Shown: piece after piece, positions 26,880-37,313 of the stretch | Numbering within the stretch: position 1 is the first letter of the stretch | Layout: the number at the start of each line of letters is the position of its first letter | Source of the DNA: a virus | Lineage: Duplodnaviria; Caudoviricetes | IMG/VR virus record: IMGVR_UViG_3300027679_000366 | Location: 1-64,000 of that record | Direction: 5' to 3' (one strand) | Length of the DNA: 64,000 bases | Program-made: the position numbers and the translations under genes | The notes under the pieces: model-generated | Seen by the model: the letters and a program-made list of their open reading frames with translations, nothing else | The model's database searches: none | What the model was told of the DNA's origin: nothing

Positions 26880-28556
26880 ATGCGTGTAATTGACATTTTA
26901 ACTGAATCCGTTTTAACAGAAGCTGGCTTAACAGCTAGAGACTTTTATGAGCGCGGTAGGCTGGATAATTTTATTAAGAAATTAGTTGCCAAAGAACCTT
27001 TTTTTACTGTGGACGGCGAACAGATTGAAATTCCTGCTACCGGTTCCGAAATAAGCTGGCTCAAAACTCAACTCAAAACAAACTTTGATTCTAAAGATCC
27101 TCTAGCAAGAGCAGTACAGACTCTTAATATTTTTCCAAAGATCGGAGGAATCAGACTAAGTTCCTTGGCCAAAACTAAAGAATTTGGGGGAACATTCAGT
27201 GTGAACTCCAGTGGCAAGATGGATACTAGCAAAGCCAATATAGGGCCAACTGTTGAAGCTTTGAAAGCATTTGCTATATTTGCAAGATTGGTAATACGAA
27301 ATAAGGCAACACTCACTGCTCAAGACGTTATGAAAGTTGCACAGATGGCTCAAAAGAATTCTAGTATAGTTTACCTAACAAATGAAAAAACGGGAAAACC
27401 CTCTAAAAATCCTACCACTCAGGTGACAGTTGTAAGAAAAGTACCTGACAAGAATGGAACTGTAAAAGATGAATTTACATTAAATGTATCTTTAAGCACA
27501 CCTTCTTTCGTTCGTGCAATAAATGTAACAGAAAAAGACAAGGCAGCTTGGGGACATTTAAACGGTGTTGTGAAATATATCAATTCGGAAGGCGACTTGG
27601 CAAAATATTCTAGATACTTTGCTAATAACAACAAAAAAGATCCTGTTAAAATTGCAGTGATTGGTATTGAGTTAGGCAAAGTTGATATCTCATCATCATA
27701 TACTGATCCGGTCAGTGGAGAAGAACGTCCTCTAGAAAACTTAACAATGAGTATCAAGAGCGAAGATGCTCCTTGGTTCCATCAAACATCCGGTGGAAAA
27801 TTAACCGGTATATATCAAATGTATCAAGCAATAGGTTTGACAGATGCTGAAGTAGACGAAGACATGGTCACTGCTGGCTACCAAGAAACAGGAAAGAAGA
27901 ATTCCCGTGCGCAATTCCAACAGACTGTGAAGGCTGTTGAAGCCATATATGATCTTGCTTTTGACCGACTGGGTTCAGCAATGGCCAAGTTAAACGATAA
28001 AGGCGAAGCTGACTATATTCATAACTTTTTAAACACGTTAAAACACAATATTGCAGGCGATGACAAATTAGTCTATGTAAAATTTAATGCACGTGGAGCA
28101 TACTCAAAATTAAAACCCAACATGTTATGGCATCTATCTGAAGTCATCGAACTGGGCGTTAATCAAGGCACAGGCCAACGCCGCGCAATCTACTGGATTG
28201 ACCAAAAAACAGGTAAAACACTGATGGAAGTGAGGATGTTAATAAATGCTCCAAATCACAGAATTACCAATCAATTTAATTTAGGCAAAGACTTCTTTTC
28301 GTTAATTAAAGAATCTGAAAAGATTTACAATGTTAACAGTACCAAAGCGGCACCTGCTACTACCCCTACAACGGACAAGCAAGTGACCCAAGTAGAACCA
28401 ACTGAACCTATCGCTAAAAAGGCAGTTCCAGCAAATATTAAAAAATCAGCGGCAACTGCTGTGCCAACCGCTAACATTGATACCAATCCCAATCAATCAT
28501 TAAACCGTGCTGTTCCTAGCACAAATCCAAACGACAATATTCCGTTCGCAACATAA
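26880..28556 (+). CDS. Large late protein, possible PD-(D/E)XK-fold nuclease
   Basis: TATAAATA promoter; MRVIDILTES; E-helix / KVDI / MSIK pattern mirrored in 31133-32980. Confidence 0.5.
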   Translation: MRVIDILTESVLTEAGLTARDFYERGRLDNFIKKLVAKEPFFTVDGEQIEIPATGSEISWLKTQLKTNFDSKDPLARAVQTLNIFPKIGGIRLSSLAKTKEFGGTFSVNSSGKMDTSKANIGPTVEALKAFAIFARLVIRNKATLTAQDVMKVAQMAQKNSSIVYLTNEKTGKPSKNPTTQVTVVRKVPDKNGTVKDEFTLNVSLSTPSFVRAINVTEKDKAAWGHLNGVVKYINSEGDLAKYSRYFANNNKKDPVKIAVIGIELGKVDISSSYTDPVSGEERPLENLTMSIKSEDAPWFHQTSGGKLTGIYQMYQAIGLTDAEVDEDMVTAGYQETGKKNSRAQFQQTVKAVEAIYDLAFDRLGSAMAKLNDKGEADYIHNFLNTLKHNIAGDDKLVYVKFNARGAYSKLKPNMLWHLSEVIELGVNQGTGQRRAIYWIDQKTGKTLMEVRMLINAPNHRITNQFNLGKDFFSLIKESEKIYNVNSTKAAPATTPTTDKQVTQVEPTEPIAKKAVPANIKKSAATAVPTANIDTNPNQSLNRAVPSTNPNDNIPFAT

Positions 28557-28619
28557 TCCACGTACTTAGAATACCTTATTAGTAGTAAATACTAATAACG
28601 ATATACCGGGAGCGAAACC

Positions 28620-29234
28620 GTGGATCCAATCACGATAGGTCTGGCATTTGCCGCCGCCCAATCAGCAGTTAGTCATATAAAGCAAGCCGTAGCTCTGGGT
28701 AAGGACATCAACAGTCTAGTAGGGCAATTCAGCAAATTCTTTGAAAGTTCAGATTCTATACATCGTGAACGAACAAAGTTAAAAGCCAAAGCTAACCTAC
28801 TGGGCAAAACTGATGCTGAGTTGGGGCACGAAGCCCTACAAATTGCCATGCACAGTGATGCCCTACGTCAAGCAGAGCGCGATCTCAAAGACATGATTCT
28901 TTGGCAATTGGGTAAACCGCAGATTTGGGAACAAATGATTGCCGAGCGCACCAGACTATTCAAAGCCCGTGCAGAAGCCCAACGTGCAGAAGAAGAACGT
29001 GAACTAGCACACAAGAAAAAAATGGCTGATACGTTTATTTTTGGCATGTATTTCCTAGCAGGGTCAGTGATTGTATTTGCATTTGCCATGGGCGGTGTTG
29101 GCATTTACGGCCAGATGGAAGAAAAACGAATTTATGAAGAAAAGGTTGTCAAGAGAAATCTAGTTATTCGTCAACAACAAAAAGAACGCGAAGCTCGTGA
29201 AAAGAAAGAACGCGAAGATTATGCTAAAAATTAA
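28620..29234 (+). CDS. MDP-family coiled-coil membrane protein
   Basis: GTG start after GGGAG; amphipathic N-helix, coiled coil, one TM, basic tail. Confidence 0.75.
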   Translation: MDPITIGLAFAAAQSAVSHIKQAVALGKDINSLVGQFSKFFESSDSIHRERTKLKAKANLLGKTDAELGHEALQIAMHSDALRQAERDLKDMILWQLGKPQIWEQMIAERTRLFKARAEAQRAEEERELAHKKKMADTFIFGMYFLAGSVIVFAFAMGGVGIYGQMEEKRIYEEKVVKRNLVIRQQQKEREAREKKEREDYAKN

Positions 29235-29245
29235 CAAAGGAACGT

Positions 29246-29359
29246 ATGTACTTCAACATTATTATCACATTCAATGATCTGCTGTTCTTATTGTCAATGA
29301 CTCCATTAGTGGCTATATTTTGTGTCATGTTTAAAGATTGGCTCAAAGATAGAAAATGA
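29246..29359 (+). CDS. 37-aa membrane peptide
   Basis: MYFNIIITFNDLLFLLSMTPLVAIFCVMFKDWLKDRK; AAGGA RBS; ATGA-coupled to next ORF. Confidence 0.6.
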   Translation: MYFNIIITFNDLLFLLSMTPLVAIFCVMFKDWLKDRK

Positions 29360-29517
29360 TCATGTACGAATGGATATTGATGCTAGCCCTTGCACAAGAA
29401 CCAGTTAAGAAATGGCCAGAGTGGGAGTGTGTGCGTTGGACATGGACCGGTGACGTTTACAATCGCACAGTGATATGTTTAGAATGGCGCAAGAGAGAAA
29501 ATAGATGGAAACCCTAA
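29356..29517 (+). CDS. 53-aa putative exported peptide with Cys pair
   Basis: CVRWTWTGDVYNRTVICLEW; paralog of next ORF. Confidence 0.7.
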   Translation: MIMYEWILMLALAQEPVKKWPEWECVRWTWTGDVYNRTVICLEWRKRENRWKP

Positions 29518-29750
29518 ACAGAATAATTGTGGTCCTGGCATTATCGACTCTGTGTGTTTCTACGATAGTGTCAAGTTCACCCATGTACGGCGGTGATCGT
29601 CCCAATGTAGCTAGAGAATTACCCAGTCGAGAACGTGAAGTAACGCTCAATCAGGGTGTTGCCCAATGTGTTAGAACTGCTTGGATTGGTGATGTCAGCA
29701 ATAGAACATTGATTTGTGTTGAATATCGCTATCGGAAAGAGGTCAAGTAA
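29505..29750 (+). CDS. Putative exported peptide with Cys pair
   Basis: Signal-peptide-like N-terminus; CVRTAWIGDVSNRTLICVEY. Confidence 0.7.
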   Translation: METLNRIIVVLALSTLCVSTIVSSSPMYGGDRPNVARELPSREREVTLNQGVAQCVRTAWIGDVSNRTLICVEYRYRKEVK

Positions 29751-30532
29751 TGGATCCCTTAACACTCTTTGCACTGGCCAATGCCGCAGTGTCCGCAGTC
29801 AAGGCTGGCTGTAAACTTTATAAAGATATCAAAGGTGCGGCGGGTGATGTCAAGGATGTACTCAAAGATCTTGATGCACAGTTCCAAAAACTTCACCCGG
29901 CTGAAAAACCAGCCACAGTAGAGCAACGTAATCAATACATTCGTACAAAAAACGAAGTTGTCGAGTTAAACAAAAAGGCTAACTCGGGCGAGCATACCGG
30001 TGTTTACACAGAGATTGGCAATCATCTTGGCGCATATTACGATAACTTAAACAAGTGTATGGCAATCTTTGCTGAAGAAGAACGTCGCAGTAAAACACAA
30101 GTTTATACTGGAGATGACAGCCTAGGTAAACGTGCCTTACAACGTGTGTTGATGCGCAAGCAATTGGAACAAATGGGCACTGAACTGCGTGAGATAATGG
30201 TGTATCAAAGCCCTAAAGAACTGGGTGCGCTTTATACAGAAGTAGAAGAGATGATGAGAGAAATGGGTAAGGAACAAAAAGTTCTCATCATCAAGCAAAT
30301 GAAAATTCAGGAGGTACAGGATCGTAGACGTGCGGCCCGTATGAAACAGCTGAGAGAAGAGTTGATCATCGGTGTAGCAATCATGATCATCATCATTATC
30401 ATGGGCGGAGTGTTCATGTGGGTAGCACATGATCGCCAGCAAAAATACCCACAATACGGCAACGAGTTATTTCCCAAGTCTGAAAAACAGCGACAATCTG
30501 AAGCAGAGCCTAAAGTATATATAGGACGCTAG
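29750..30532 (+). CDS. MDP-family coiled-coil membrane protein
   Basis: MDPLTLFALANAAVSAVK; same architecture as 28620-29234. Confidence 0.75.
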   Translation: MDPLTLFALANAAVSAVKAGCKLYKDIKGAAGDVKDVLKDLDAQFQKLHPAEKPATVEQRNQYIRTKNEVVELNKKANSGEHTGVYTEIGNHLGAYYDNLNKCMAIFAEEERRSKTQVYTGDDSLGKRALQRVLMRKQLEQMGTELREIMVYQSPKELGALYTEVEEMMREMGKEQKVLIIKQMKIQEVQDRRRAARMKQLREELIIGVAIMIIIIIMGGVFMWVAHDRQQKYPQYGNELFPKSEKQRQSEAEPKVYIGR

Positions 30533-30539
30533 GTGTTAA

Positions 30540-30620
30540 TTACTTCAATTGCCATTCCATCCATATCAAGAACGCAGTGACTAATAATGTTAATATCAGA
30601 ACAATTTGTGGCAATCTCAT
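30540..30620 (-). CDS. 26-aa hydrophobic peptide
   Basis: MRLPQIVLILTLLVTAFLIWMEWQLK; ATGA overlap with 30617-31048. Confidence 0.5.
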   Translation of the reverse strand: MRLPQIVLILTLLVTAFLIWMEWQLK

Positions 30621-31048
30621 ATTTTGTATAGTTTAAAAAAGTAAGTAACTAATGTGCCAGCTACAAAACACCAGCACAACACATCAATTTGTTTTTGTCG
30701 GTCGCGATCCATTGCAGATAATTCAGCTTTATATTCTTTTTCTATAACAGCTTTTTCAGCTTCTACTTTGATCCACGCATCCTTGCCGTATTTTTGAATA
30801 GTTTCAGCCTTTAGTCTAGCTACATCTCGCTCGTACTTCATCTTAGTCTCAAATTTTTCAAGAGCTCTATACTCAAGAGTTGATTTTCGATGTTGCTCTG
30901 CTAGTTTAGATTTTATACGGGATTCATGCTCGCGCTGAACGGTAGCTTCCATATCAGCCTGTTGGCTTGATACAACTGCTCCTAATTCCTTGCCTGCACT
31001 TTGCGCAGATTTAAGGGTAGTTGTGGCGGACTTAATTCCGTCTAACAT
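30617..31048 (-). CDS. Coiled-coil protein with C-terminal TM
   Basis: Start MLDGIK after GGGAGCGAAA; KYGKDAW..VE.E motif; C-terminal hydrophobic helix. Confidence 0.7.
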   Translation of the reverse strand: MLDGIKSATTTLKSAQSAGKELGAVVSSQQADMEATVQREHESRIKSKLAEQHRKSTLEYRALEKFETKMKYERDVARLKAETIQKYGKDAWIKVEAEKAVIEKEYKAELSAMDRDRQKQIDVLCWCFVAGTLVTYFFKLYKI

Positions 31049-31132
31049 TTTTCGCTCCCGAGGTTCCTCACCAGTATTTACTATGAGGTGGGGAATCATT
31101 AAATGACTGCTTTTTCTTGTTCTAAAACAAAC

Positions 31133-32980
31133 TTAGTGTGAGTATTTTGCTAAATGTAACATGCGTTGTAATTCACTTACATGTTCATCTTTGTGGGGTT
31201 GCCATTTGTGTTGTTCTGCAACCTTTTCTTCATCGTTAGCTAGTTGCGATTGCTGTGAAACGTCTGCAGGTTGTTGTGATGTAGGAACAGTTGGCATTGG
31301 TGCTTGTGTAGTAGTTGCTTTAACTGCGGCATTTGGCTCTGTTTTTGTTTTTGCAGGGCTAGTTGCCGTTGGTTGGTCAAATACTGGTTTAGCCCGTGTA
31401 TCAAACGTTGATGCAGTATCTGCACCTTCTTGTTGAGTTATGTCAGTAAGTTTCTTCAACAAACCGCCCATTTCAACTACGTTGCGTGTAGTTTTGTCTT
31501 GGTTATATGTACGTAGTTGTACAAACATACTATCACCATTATTAATGCGTTTTCCTAAATCAGTTACAGCAAAACCGTAAATCTTTAAGATACAAGTTTT
31601 TTCAGAGATTGTTAATTCGTGTGTTAGATTGTAATTTTTTAGTGCTTCATGAAATTCCGGGCCAAACGATAATTCTTTATATGCTTCTTTAGCTGAAGGG
31701 CTAATAACTACTACACGAACATCTTGTCCTAGAGTTGCATGATGTACCACTCCGGTTGTCACTTCTTTAACAAAATCATACTCATTAGCACTACCGGACA
31801 ATAATTTCTTTAGTTCTTTATCCATGTACTTATAGGCCGCAGGAATAGCAATTCTAGAATTATAATCGCGTGCCGCTTTAGCGATAGGTTCTCTTTCTTT
31901 AGAATATAAGTATCCTTCTGGAGCAGGATCACCTTTCTTCCAATCCGGAAACAATAGATTACCAGTTTCGTCTGTTGGAGGATTCTTTGGTGAAAACTGC
32001 AACGGCACCATCTTAAACTTTTTCTTTATTTCTTCGGGTAAGTGTATGCCTAATACACTGTTTAAGAATGTATCAATTTTATCAAACTCATAACCAGCAT
32101 ATCCGCCAATATGCTTAACTGTGCTTGTTTTAATACTTAATAGTTTTTCTTTAGTTCCATTAAGAGCAATCCATAAGTCTGCTTTTGTACTATGTTGGGC
32201 TTCGTGTGTTGCGCCATCAGCTGTAACTGAGATTACATCTTTAGTATCGGCATTTTTAATTTTTTCTAATGCAGATTTAACAGCACTTGATTGATTAACG
32301 TATGTTGCGCAATCACTAAACATTTTGTATACTTGTTTTGAATTTTCATATTTTAAAAATTCTTGAGGATTACGTGCAGACATTATAAATGCTTTAAAGT
32401 CTTCACCTGCCAGTGCAATATTAAGTTCTATAGCTTTACCAAATGCTGTGCTTTTAATACTTGTACCTTCAATGCGTTGTGCTGTACCAAATACATCCTT
32501 GGCTTCTAATTCAGCACCCTCTTTTTCAAATTTTGTTAGTACAGCAGATGCCATAATAGCTTCTGCAACGTTGCCGTCATTCCACCATTTACTGTAAGTT
32601 TTCTCACCTGGTTTTTCGCCTACTTTTTGCTTGATAGCGCCAGTCTTTTCAATTTGGTTAACTCGATATTCGCCACCGCCTTTAGCTGGTAATAAAACTG
32701 TTTTGATTTGTTCTAGCTGTTCGCCATCAGGTGACTCTAATCTGTCGCGGCCAGTTGGATTCCAAATAGCTTCTAATCTGTCTGCGGCCTCTGGGGAAAA
32801 TTTAATAGTCTTTACTAACTTAGGACTTGTTTTAGTCTTATCAAGAGTAACTTGTATCTCGTCGCCTGCTCGTATTGAGTTGATTAAGTTTCGATAATAG
32901 TTCGAATTACCCGGTCTAGCGATAGATACGGGCTGGAGTGTTTCTTCAGAAACCAGGTATTTAAAATCATTAAATCTCAT
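31133..32980 (-). CDS. Large late protein, possible PD-(D/E)XK-fold nuclease
   Basis: Start MRFNDF after TAAATA; GNVAEA / KADLWI / LSIK; syntenic with 26880-28556. Confidence 0.5.
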   Translation of the reverse strand: MRFNDFKYLVSEETLQPVSIARPGNSNYYRNLINSIRAGDEIQVTLDKTKTSPKLVKTIKFSPEAADRLEAIWNPTGRDRLESPDGEQLEQIKTVLLPAKGGGEYRVNQIEKTGAIKQKVGEKPGEKTYSKWWNDGNVAEAIMASAVLTKFEKEGAELEAKDVFGTAQRIEGTSIKSTAFGKAIELNIALAGEDFKAFIMSARNPQEFLKYENSKQVYKMFSDCATYVNQSSAVKSALEKIKNADTKDVISVTADGATHEAQHSTKADLWIALNGTKEKLLSIKTSTVKHIGGYAGYEFDKIDTFLNSVLGIHLPEEIKKKFKMVPLQFSPKNPPTDETGNLLFPDWKKGDPAPEGYLYSKEREPIAKAARDYNSRIAIPAAYKYMDKELKKLLSGSANEYDFVKEVTTGVVHHATLGQDVRVVVISPSAKEAYKELSFGPEFHEALKNYNLTHELTISEKTCILKIYGFAVTDLGKRINNGDSMFVQLRTYNQDKTTRNVVEMGGLLKKLTDITQQEGADTASTFDTRAKPVFDQPTATSPAKTKTEPNAAVKATTTQAPMPTVPTSQQPADVSQQSQLANDEEKVAEQHKWQPHKDEHVSELQRMLHLAKYSH

Positions 32981-32990
32981 AGTAGAGTAT

Positions 32991-33671
32991 TTATCGGATT
33001 TCTGGGAACAAACATTCCTGAATGAAGTGCTGTACATCGTCCTCACTTAGCCCCAAACTAACCATCACACGCGGTGTATGGGGGTTGCACTTCTGATTTT
33101 GTGCATAATAGTTCTGTGCTAGTGTTGTATCTTCAGCTGTGTTGTTTGTTTCCGCTACTGTGCTTAGATAGTGTGCTACTGTAGTTTTAGCTAGATTTGT
33201 AATTTGTTCTAGTTCTGCTTCATCTTGTACGTTACCCGCGGCCACCATACTACCACTGAATATGTTAGTAGCCCATTCAGGCAAAGCACGTTCTCTGCGC
33301 CATTCTAATTTGGCTACTTCATCATGGAACCACGCCATCATTGGATGGTCAGCATCGCCTGCTTTTGAGTAATCGTGAAAACAACCGGTAATCTTGTTCT
33401 TACCAGCTATAACATCAAATCCATAGATAGGTGCAGGGTTATGAGTATGTGGAAAGATGCAACAATGCATCATCCATAATCCTTTAGAGTCTCTTGCGTC
33501 TACAACATCAACGTGAGCGCGGCGGTAACTATCAGAAGTCCATACGCGATTAATCCACCCTGGTTGATTAAAGCGATCCATACCCGGTTCAAATACTTCT
33601 GTGCCAGTGTTATCAAAACTGTTCTCCAATAGATGTTGTATTTCTATTAACGTATCCCATACCTTGCTCAT
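32991..33671 (-). CDS. pcyX: Ferredoxin-dependent bilin reductase, PcyX/PcyA group
   Basis: Close homolog of 26189-26869. Confidence 0.85.
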   Translation of the reverse strand: MSKVWDTLIEIQHLLENSFDNTGTEVFEPGMDRFNQPGWINRVWTSDSYRRAHVDVVDARDSKGLWMMHCCIFPHTHNPAPIYGFDVIAGKNKITGCFHDYSKAGDADHPMMAWFHDEVAKLEWRRERALPEWATNIFSGSMVAAGNVQDEAELEQITNLAKTTVAHYLSTVAETNNTAEDTTLAQNYYAQNQKCNPHTPRVMVSLGLSEDDVQHFIQECLFPEIR

Positions 33672-34219
33672 ACATCTCCGTACAACTTAACAATAGGCAT
33701 CATGTCTTGAAAGAAACGTTTAGCAAAGTCAAAACACACTTTAGCTTCGTCTGCCATGTCATCGCTGATGCGTTCTCGGATAGCGGCTTTTAACACATCT
33801 GGATTTTCAAATTGATAATACTTACCCGAACCCGGAACACGTTTAGCAATCATTTGTCCGCCTGCAAGGTCGCCCATGTGCCGTACATATATGTGTGCCA
33901 TTAATTTCTTAGGATCATCTTTAATACTTAAAATATACTTGGTATATTCTTCAACTGCTGGTGTCATAGCCGGCATGTCTTCATGCGGCCACAATTCAAT
34001 AAAGTCCGCTAAGATAGCAGGTGCTCTACGAATATCAGGCAGACCGTGTAACAACTGATGCGGCATCGCACATACTTCTAACACTTCATACATTGGGTGT
34101 TGGTTCTTTAAGTATGTTGCATATAGCTCTGGATTAATGTTTCCAGAAAACAATATTTTTACAAAGGGCTGAGTCTCAGCGTCTCTGTGTGCATCGTGTG
34201 TAAGGTCTTTTAAGCTCAT
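33668..34219 (-). CDS. hemO: Heme oxygenase
   Basis: LTHDAH..AE; AHIYVRHMGDLAGGQ. Confidence 0.92.
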   Translation of the reverse strand: MSLKDLTHDAHRDAETQPFVKILFSGNINPELYATYLKNQHPMYEVLEVCAMPHQLLHGLPDIRRAPAILADFIELWPHEDMPAMTPAVEEYTKYILSIKDDPKKLMAHIYVRHMGDLAGGQMIAKRVPGSGKYYQFENPDVLKAAIRERISDDMADEAKVCFDFAKRFFQDMMPIVKLYGDV

Positions 34220-34518
34220 TCTTCTTCCAGTTTAATTTGTAACGGATAGCCATTTGCTCTAGCTTGATTAGTTGCTTCAACTGCTTTAGCTTCAGCAATT
34301 TCAAAACTATAGATTCCAGCTATGCCGGAGCCAGTTTCGTGTACTTGGAACATAATCGCTTGGGCTGTTTCATGAGTATGTTTGAAGATTTCAATTAGCA
34401 ATGAGATTACAAATTCCATGGGGGTTGAATCATCGTTGAGTAAAATAACCTTCCAATTTTTTGGTTCGGATACTTTAATTTTAATCTTTTCTTCTAGTTG
34501 AATATCAGTGCTAGCCAT
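34216..34518 (-). CDS. clpS: ClpS
   Basis: LLNDDSTPMEFV. Confidence 0.93.
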   Translation of the reverse strand: MASTDIQLEEKIKIKVSEPKNWKVILLNDDSTPMEFVISLLIEIFKHTHETAQAIMFQVHETGSGIAGIYSFEIAEAKAVEATNQARANGYPLQIKLEEE

Positions 34519-34571
34519 TGTTATCTCTTTTTTAAAATTGGGGGAGTTGCCTCCCCCGGGTTTATTTACAC

Positions 34572-34997
34572 TTATTTAATTTCGATAGTACGAGGTTTGA
34601 GTGCATCTGGAACAATACGCTCAATTTCAATCACAAGCATACCATCCTTTACTTCTGCTCCTTTAACCTCCATATACTCAGCAAGAGTAAATGTTTGTTC
34701 AAAGTCCCTAGCGGCTAAGCCACGATGTAGATATTCAAAACGACTATCTGCTTGATTTAGTTTACATCCTTTTACGGTGAGTTGATCTTGGTCAACTTCT
34801 ACTGTAATTTCTTCTTTACTAAAACCTGCTACTGCTACTTCGATACCATAATGCGTATCGCTATACTTCACGATGTTATGTGGAGGATAGTTTCCATTTT
34901 GGTGATGCGGCGCTGTAAAATAGCGATCAAATCCCACTAGTGCTTTGCTCAGTTGTGCTAGAGCGGCTGTGTCAATTGTTCTTAATTGGTGTGTCAT
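34572..34997 (-). CDS. ibpA: Small heat shock protein
   Basis: NYPPHNI, YLHRGLAARDF; start at MTHQ after AAGGAG. Confidence 0.93.
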   Translation of the reverse strand: MTHQLRTIDTAALAQLSKALVGFDRYFTAPHHQNGNYPPHNIVKYSDTHYGIEVAVAGFSKEEITVEVDQDQLTVKGCKLNQADSRFEYLHRGLAARDFEQTFTLAEYMEVKGAEVKDGMLVIEIERIVPDALKPRTIEIK

Positions 34998-35049
34998 TTT
35001 AGATCTCCTTATTAGCAAGAACATTTGTAGGGCCCCGGAGGCACCCTAC
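34995..35049 (-). promoter_or_regulatory. ROSE-like RNA thermometer of hsp20
   Basis: Minus strand GTAGGGT...GCCCTAC hairpin, then TTCTTGCTAATAAGGAGA. Confidence 0.7.
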
Positions 35050-35061
35050 GTTGTTATTATA

Positions 35062-36963
35062 TTACTTTTTTTCTGTAGAGTCAACTTCTGTGAAGCTTGC
35101 ATCTACTGTTTGTTCACCGGTTTGCGGAGCCTGTTGTTTGGCTTGCTCTGCGGCTTGTTTCTTTTCAAACACAGGAGTTGCTGATTCAAAAAGTGTCTGT
35201 ACAGATTTTGTGATTGCTTCCACATCATCACCTGCATGGGCTGTGTCCATTGCTGTGAGTGCTTCTTCAATCTTACTCTTCTCTTCATCAGTTAATTGGT
35301 CTTTAACTTCGTCAAAGTCCTTTTGGAACTGATGACGTTGAGCATCGGCTTGATTACGAGCTTCAATAAGCTCACGAGCCTTTTTATCAGACTCTGCATT
35401 TTCTTCAGCTTCACGAACCATACGTTCAATTTCAGCTTCAGTTAATCCAGAATCAGATTTGATAGTAATCTTATTTTCTTTGCCAGTGTTTTTATCTTTG
35501 GCACTTACATTAAGAATACCGTTTGCGTCAATGTCTAGTGTAACTTCAATTTGCGGTGTGCCACGCGGTGCTGGAGCAATACCTTCTAAATTAAACTCAC
35601 CTAACGATTTGTTGTACTTAAACAATTCACGTTCGCCCTGCGCCACTTTGATAGTAACTGCTGGCTGATTGTCGTCCGCTGTTGAAAATGTTTGACTATG
35701 CTTAGTTGGAATAGTTGTATTCTTTTTAATCAACTTGGTCATTACACCACCCATTGTTTCAATACCTAGTGTCAATGGAGTAACGTCTAGTAATAGAACA
35801 TCTGTCTTATCGCCAGCTAGCACAGCACCTTGTATGGCGGCGCCTGCGGCAACTGCTTCGTCTGGATTAACATCCTTACGTGGTGCTTTACCAAAGAACT
35901 TTTCAACTGCTTCTTGTACTTTAGGCATACGTGTTTGGCCACCAACAAGAATAATTTCGTCAATGTCAGCATTAGTAACACCTGCGTCTTTCATAGCAAT
36001 TTTACATGGCTCAATTGAACGTTTGATTAATTCTTCAACCATTGATTCAAACTTAGCACGATTAATAGTTACATTCATGTGCTTGGGACCACTAGCATCT
36101 GCGGTAATGTATGGTAAGTTAACGGCTGTGCTAGTTGTGCTAGACAATTCAATCTTAGCTTTTTCAGCGGATTCTTTCAAACGCTGTAGAGCCAACATGT
36201 CTTGTTTAAGATCAATGCCGTTATCTTTCTTAAATTCTGCAACTAGGTAATCCATTAACACTTGGTCAAAGTCTTCACCGCCCAAGAATGTATCACCGTT
36301 TGTTGATAGTACTTCAATTTGTTTGTCGCCATCGATGTTGGCAATTTCAATAATGGAGATATCAAATGTACCACCACCTAAGTCGTAAACTGCAATCTTG
36401 CGATCCTTCTTGTCTGTCTTATCAACCCCATAACTCAATGCCGCCGCTGTTGGCTCATTGATAATACGCAACACTTCTAAGCCAGCAATGCGTCCAGCAT
36501 CTTTCGTTGCTTGACGTTGGCTATCATTAAAATATGCCGGAACAGTAATAACGGCTTGTGTTACTTCGTGGCCCAAATAGTCTTCAGCAGTCTTTTTCAT
36601 TTTGCGAAGTACTTCAGCAGACACCTGTTGTGGTGCTAGCTTTTCGCCGTTAGCCTCAATCCACGCATCGCCATTGTCAGCCTTGACAATAGTATATGGC
36701 ATTAAGTCTATATCTTTTTGTACTGCGGCTTCGTCAAACTTGCGACCAATAAGGCGCTTGCTGGCGTAGATTGTATTTTTGGGGTTTGTGACTGCTTGTC
36801 GTTTTGCTGTTGCACCTACTAGGATGTCGTCCTTTGTATATGCAATGATTGATGGCGTTGTTCTTGCGCCCTCGCTGTTTTCAATTACTTTAGCAACTCC
36901 GTTTTCTAGGACTGCTACACAGCTATTTGTTGTACCTAAATCGATACCGATGATTTTGCTCAT
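35062..36963 (-). CDS. dnaK: Hsp70 chaperone DnaK
   Basis: All Hsp70 signatures present. Confidence 0.98.
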   Translation of the reverse strand: MSKIIGIDLGTTNSCVAVLENGVAKVIENSEGARTTPSIIAYTKDDILVGATAKRQAVTNPKNTIYASKRLIGRKFDEAAVQKDIDLMPYTIVKADNGDAWIEANGEKLAPQQVSAEVLRKMKKTAEDYLGHEVTQAVITVPAYFNDSQRQATKDAGRIAGLEVLRIINEPTAAALSYGVDKTDKKDRKIAVYDLGGGTFDISIIEIANIDGDKQIEVLSTNGDTFLGGEDFDQVLMDYLVAEFKKDNGIDLKQDMLALQRLKESAEKAKIELSSTTSTAVNLPYITADASGPKHMNVTINRAKFESMVEELIKRSIEPCKIAMKDAGVTNADIDEIILVGGQTRMPKVQEAVEKFFGKAPRKDVNPDEAVAAGAAIQGAVLAGDKTDVLLLDVTPLTLGIETMGGVMTKLIKKNTTIPTKHSQTFSTADDNQPAVTIKVAQGERELFKYNKSLGEFNLEGIAPAPRGTPQIEVTLDIDANGILNVSAKDKNTGKENKITIKSDSGLTEAEIERMVREAEENAESDKKARELIEARNQADAQRHQFQKDFDEVKDQLTDEEKSKIEEALTAMDTAHAGDDVEAITKSVQTLFESATPVFEKKQAAEQAKQQAPQTGEQTVDASFTEVDSTEKK

Positions 36964-37015
36964 ATTGTTCTCCTTTAATTAAGCAAGAATATGTAGACCC
37001 TTACGGCATTCTACA
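36961..37015 (-). promoter_or_regulatory. ROSE-like RNA thermometer of dnaK
   Basis: Minus strand TGTAGA...TCTACA hairpin, then TTCTTGCTTAATTAAAGGAGAA. Confidence 0.7.
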
Positions 37016-37027
37016 AATTTATTTATC

Positions 37028-37312
37028 TCAGATATTCTCTAAATTAGGAATATTTGACCACTTTTTTAACTTCTCTATTTTAGCACGTTTAGCCGCATGT
37101 AAGCTACTCCAACTAACAACATTGTTAATCATTAGAATATCAATCATAGCTAACATATCGCCCAGTTCTTCTTCTAAATGCTCTTTGTTAGTTTGGTTAG
37201 TTCCATGTTTTCCATTATCCATGCCAAATCTACGAATCTTACTTACTGCCTGTATTACTTCTGCGGCTTCCTCTTGGAGGATATCCATTACTTCGTTGTT
37301 GTTTGTTTCCAT
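37028..37312 (-). CDS. MazG-like pyrophosphohydrolase
   Basis: LQEEAAEVIQ...LEEELGD. Confidence 0.85.
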   Translation of the reverse strand: METNNNEVMDILQEEAAEVIQAVSKIRRFGMDNGKHGTNQTNKEHLEEELGDMLAMIDILMINNVVSWSSLHAAKRAKIEKLKKWSNIPNLENI

Positions 37313-37313
37313 T

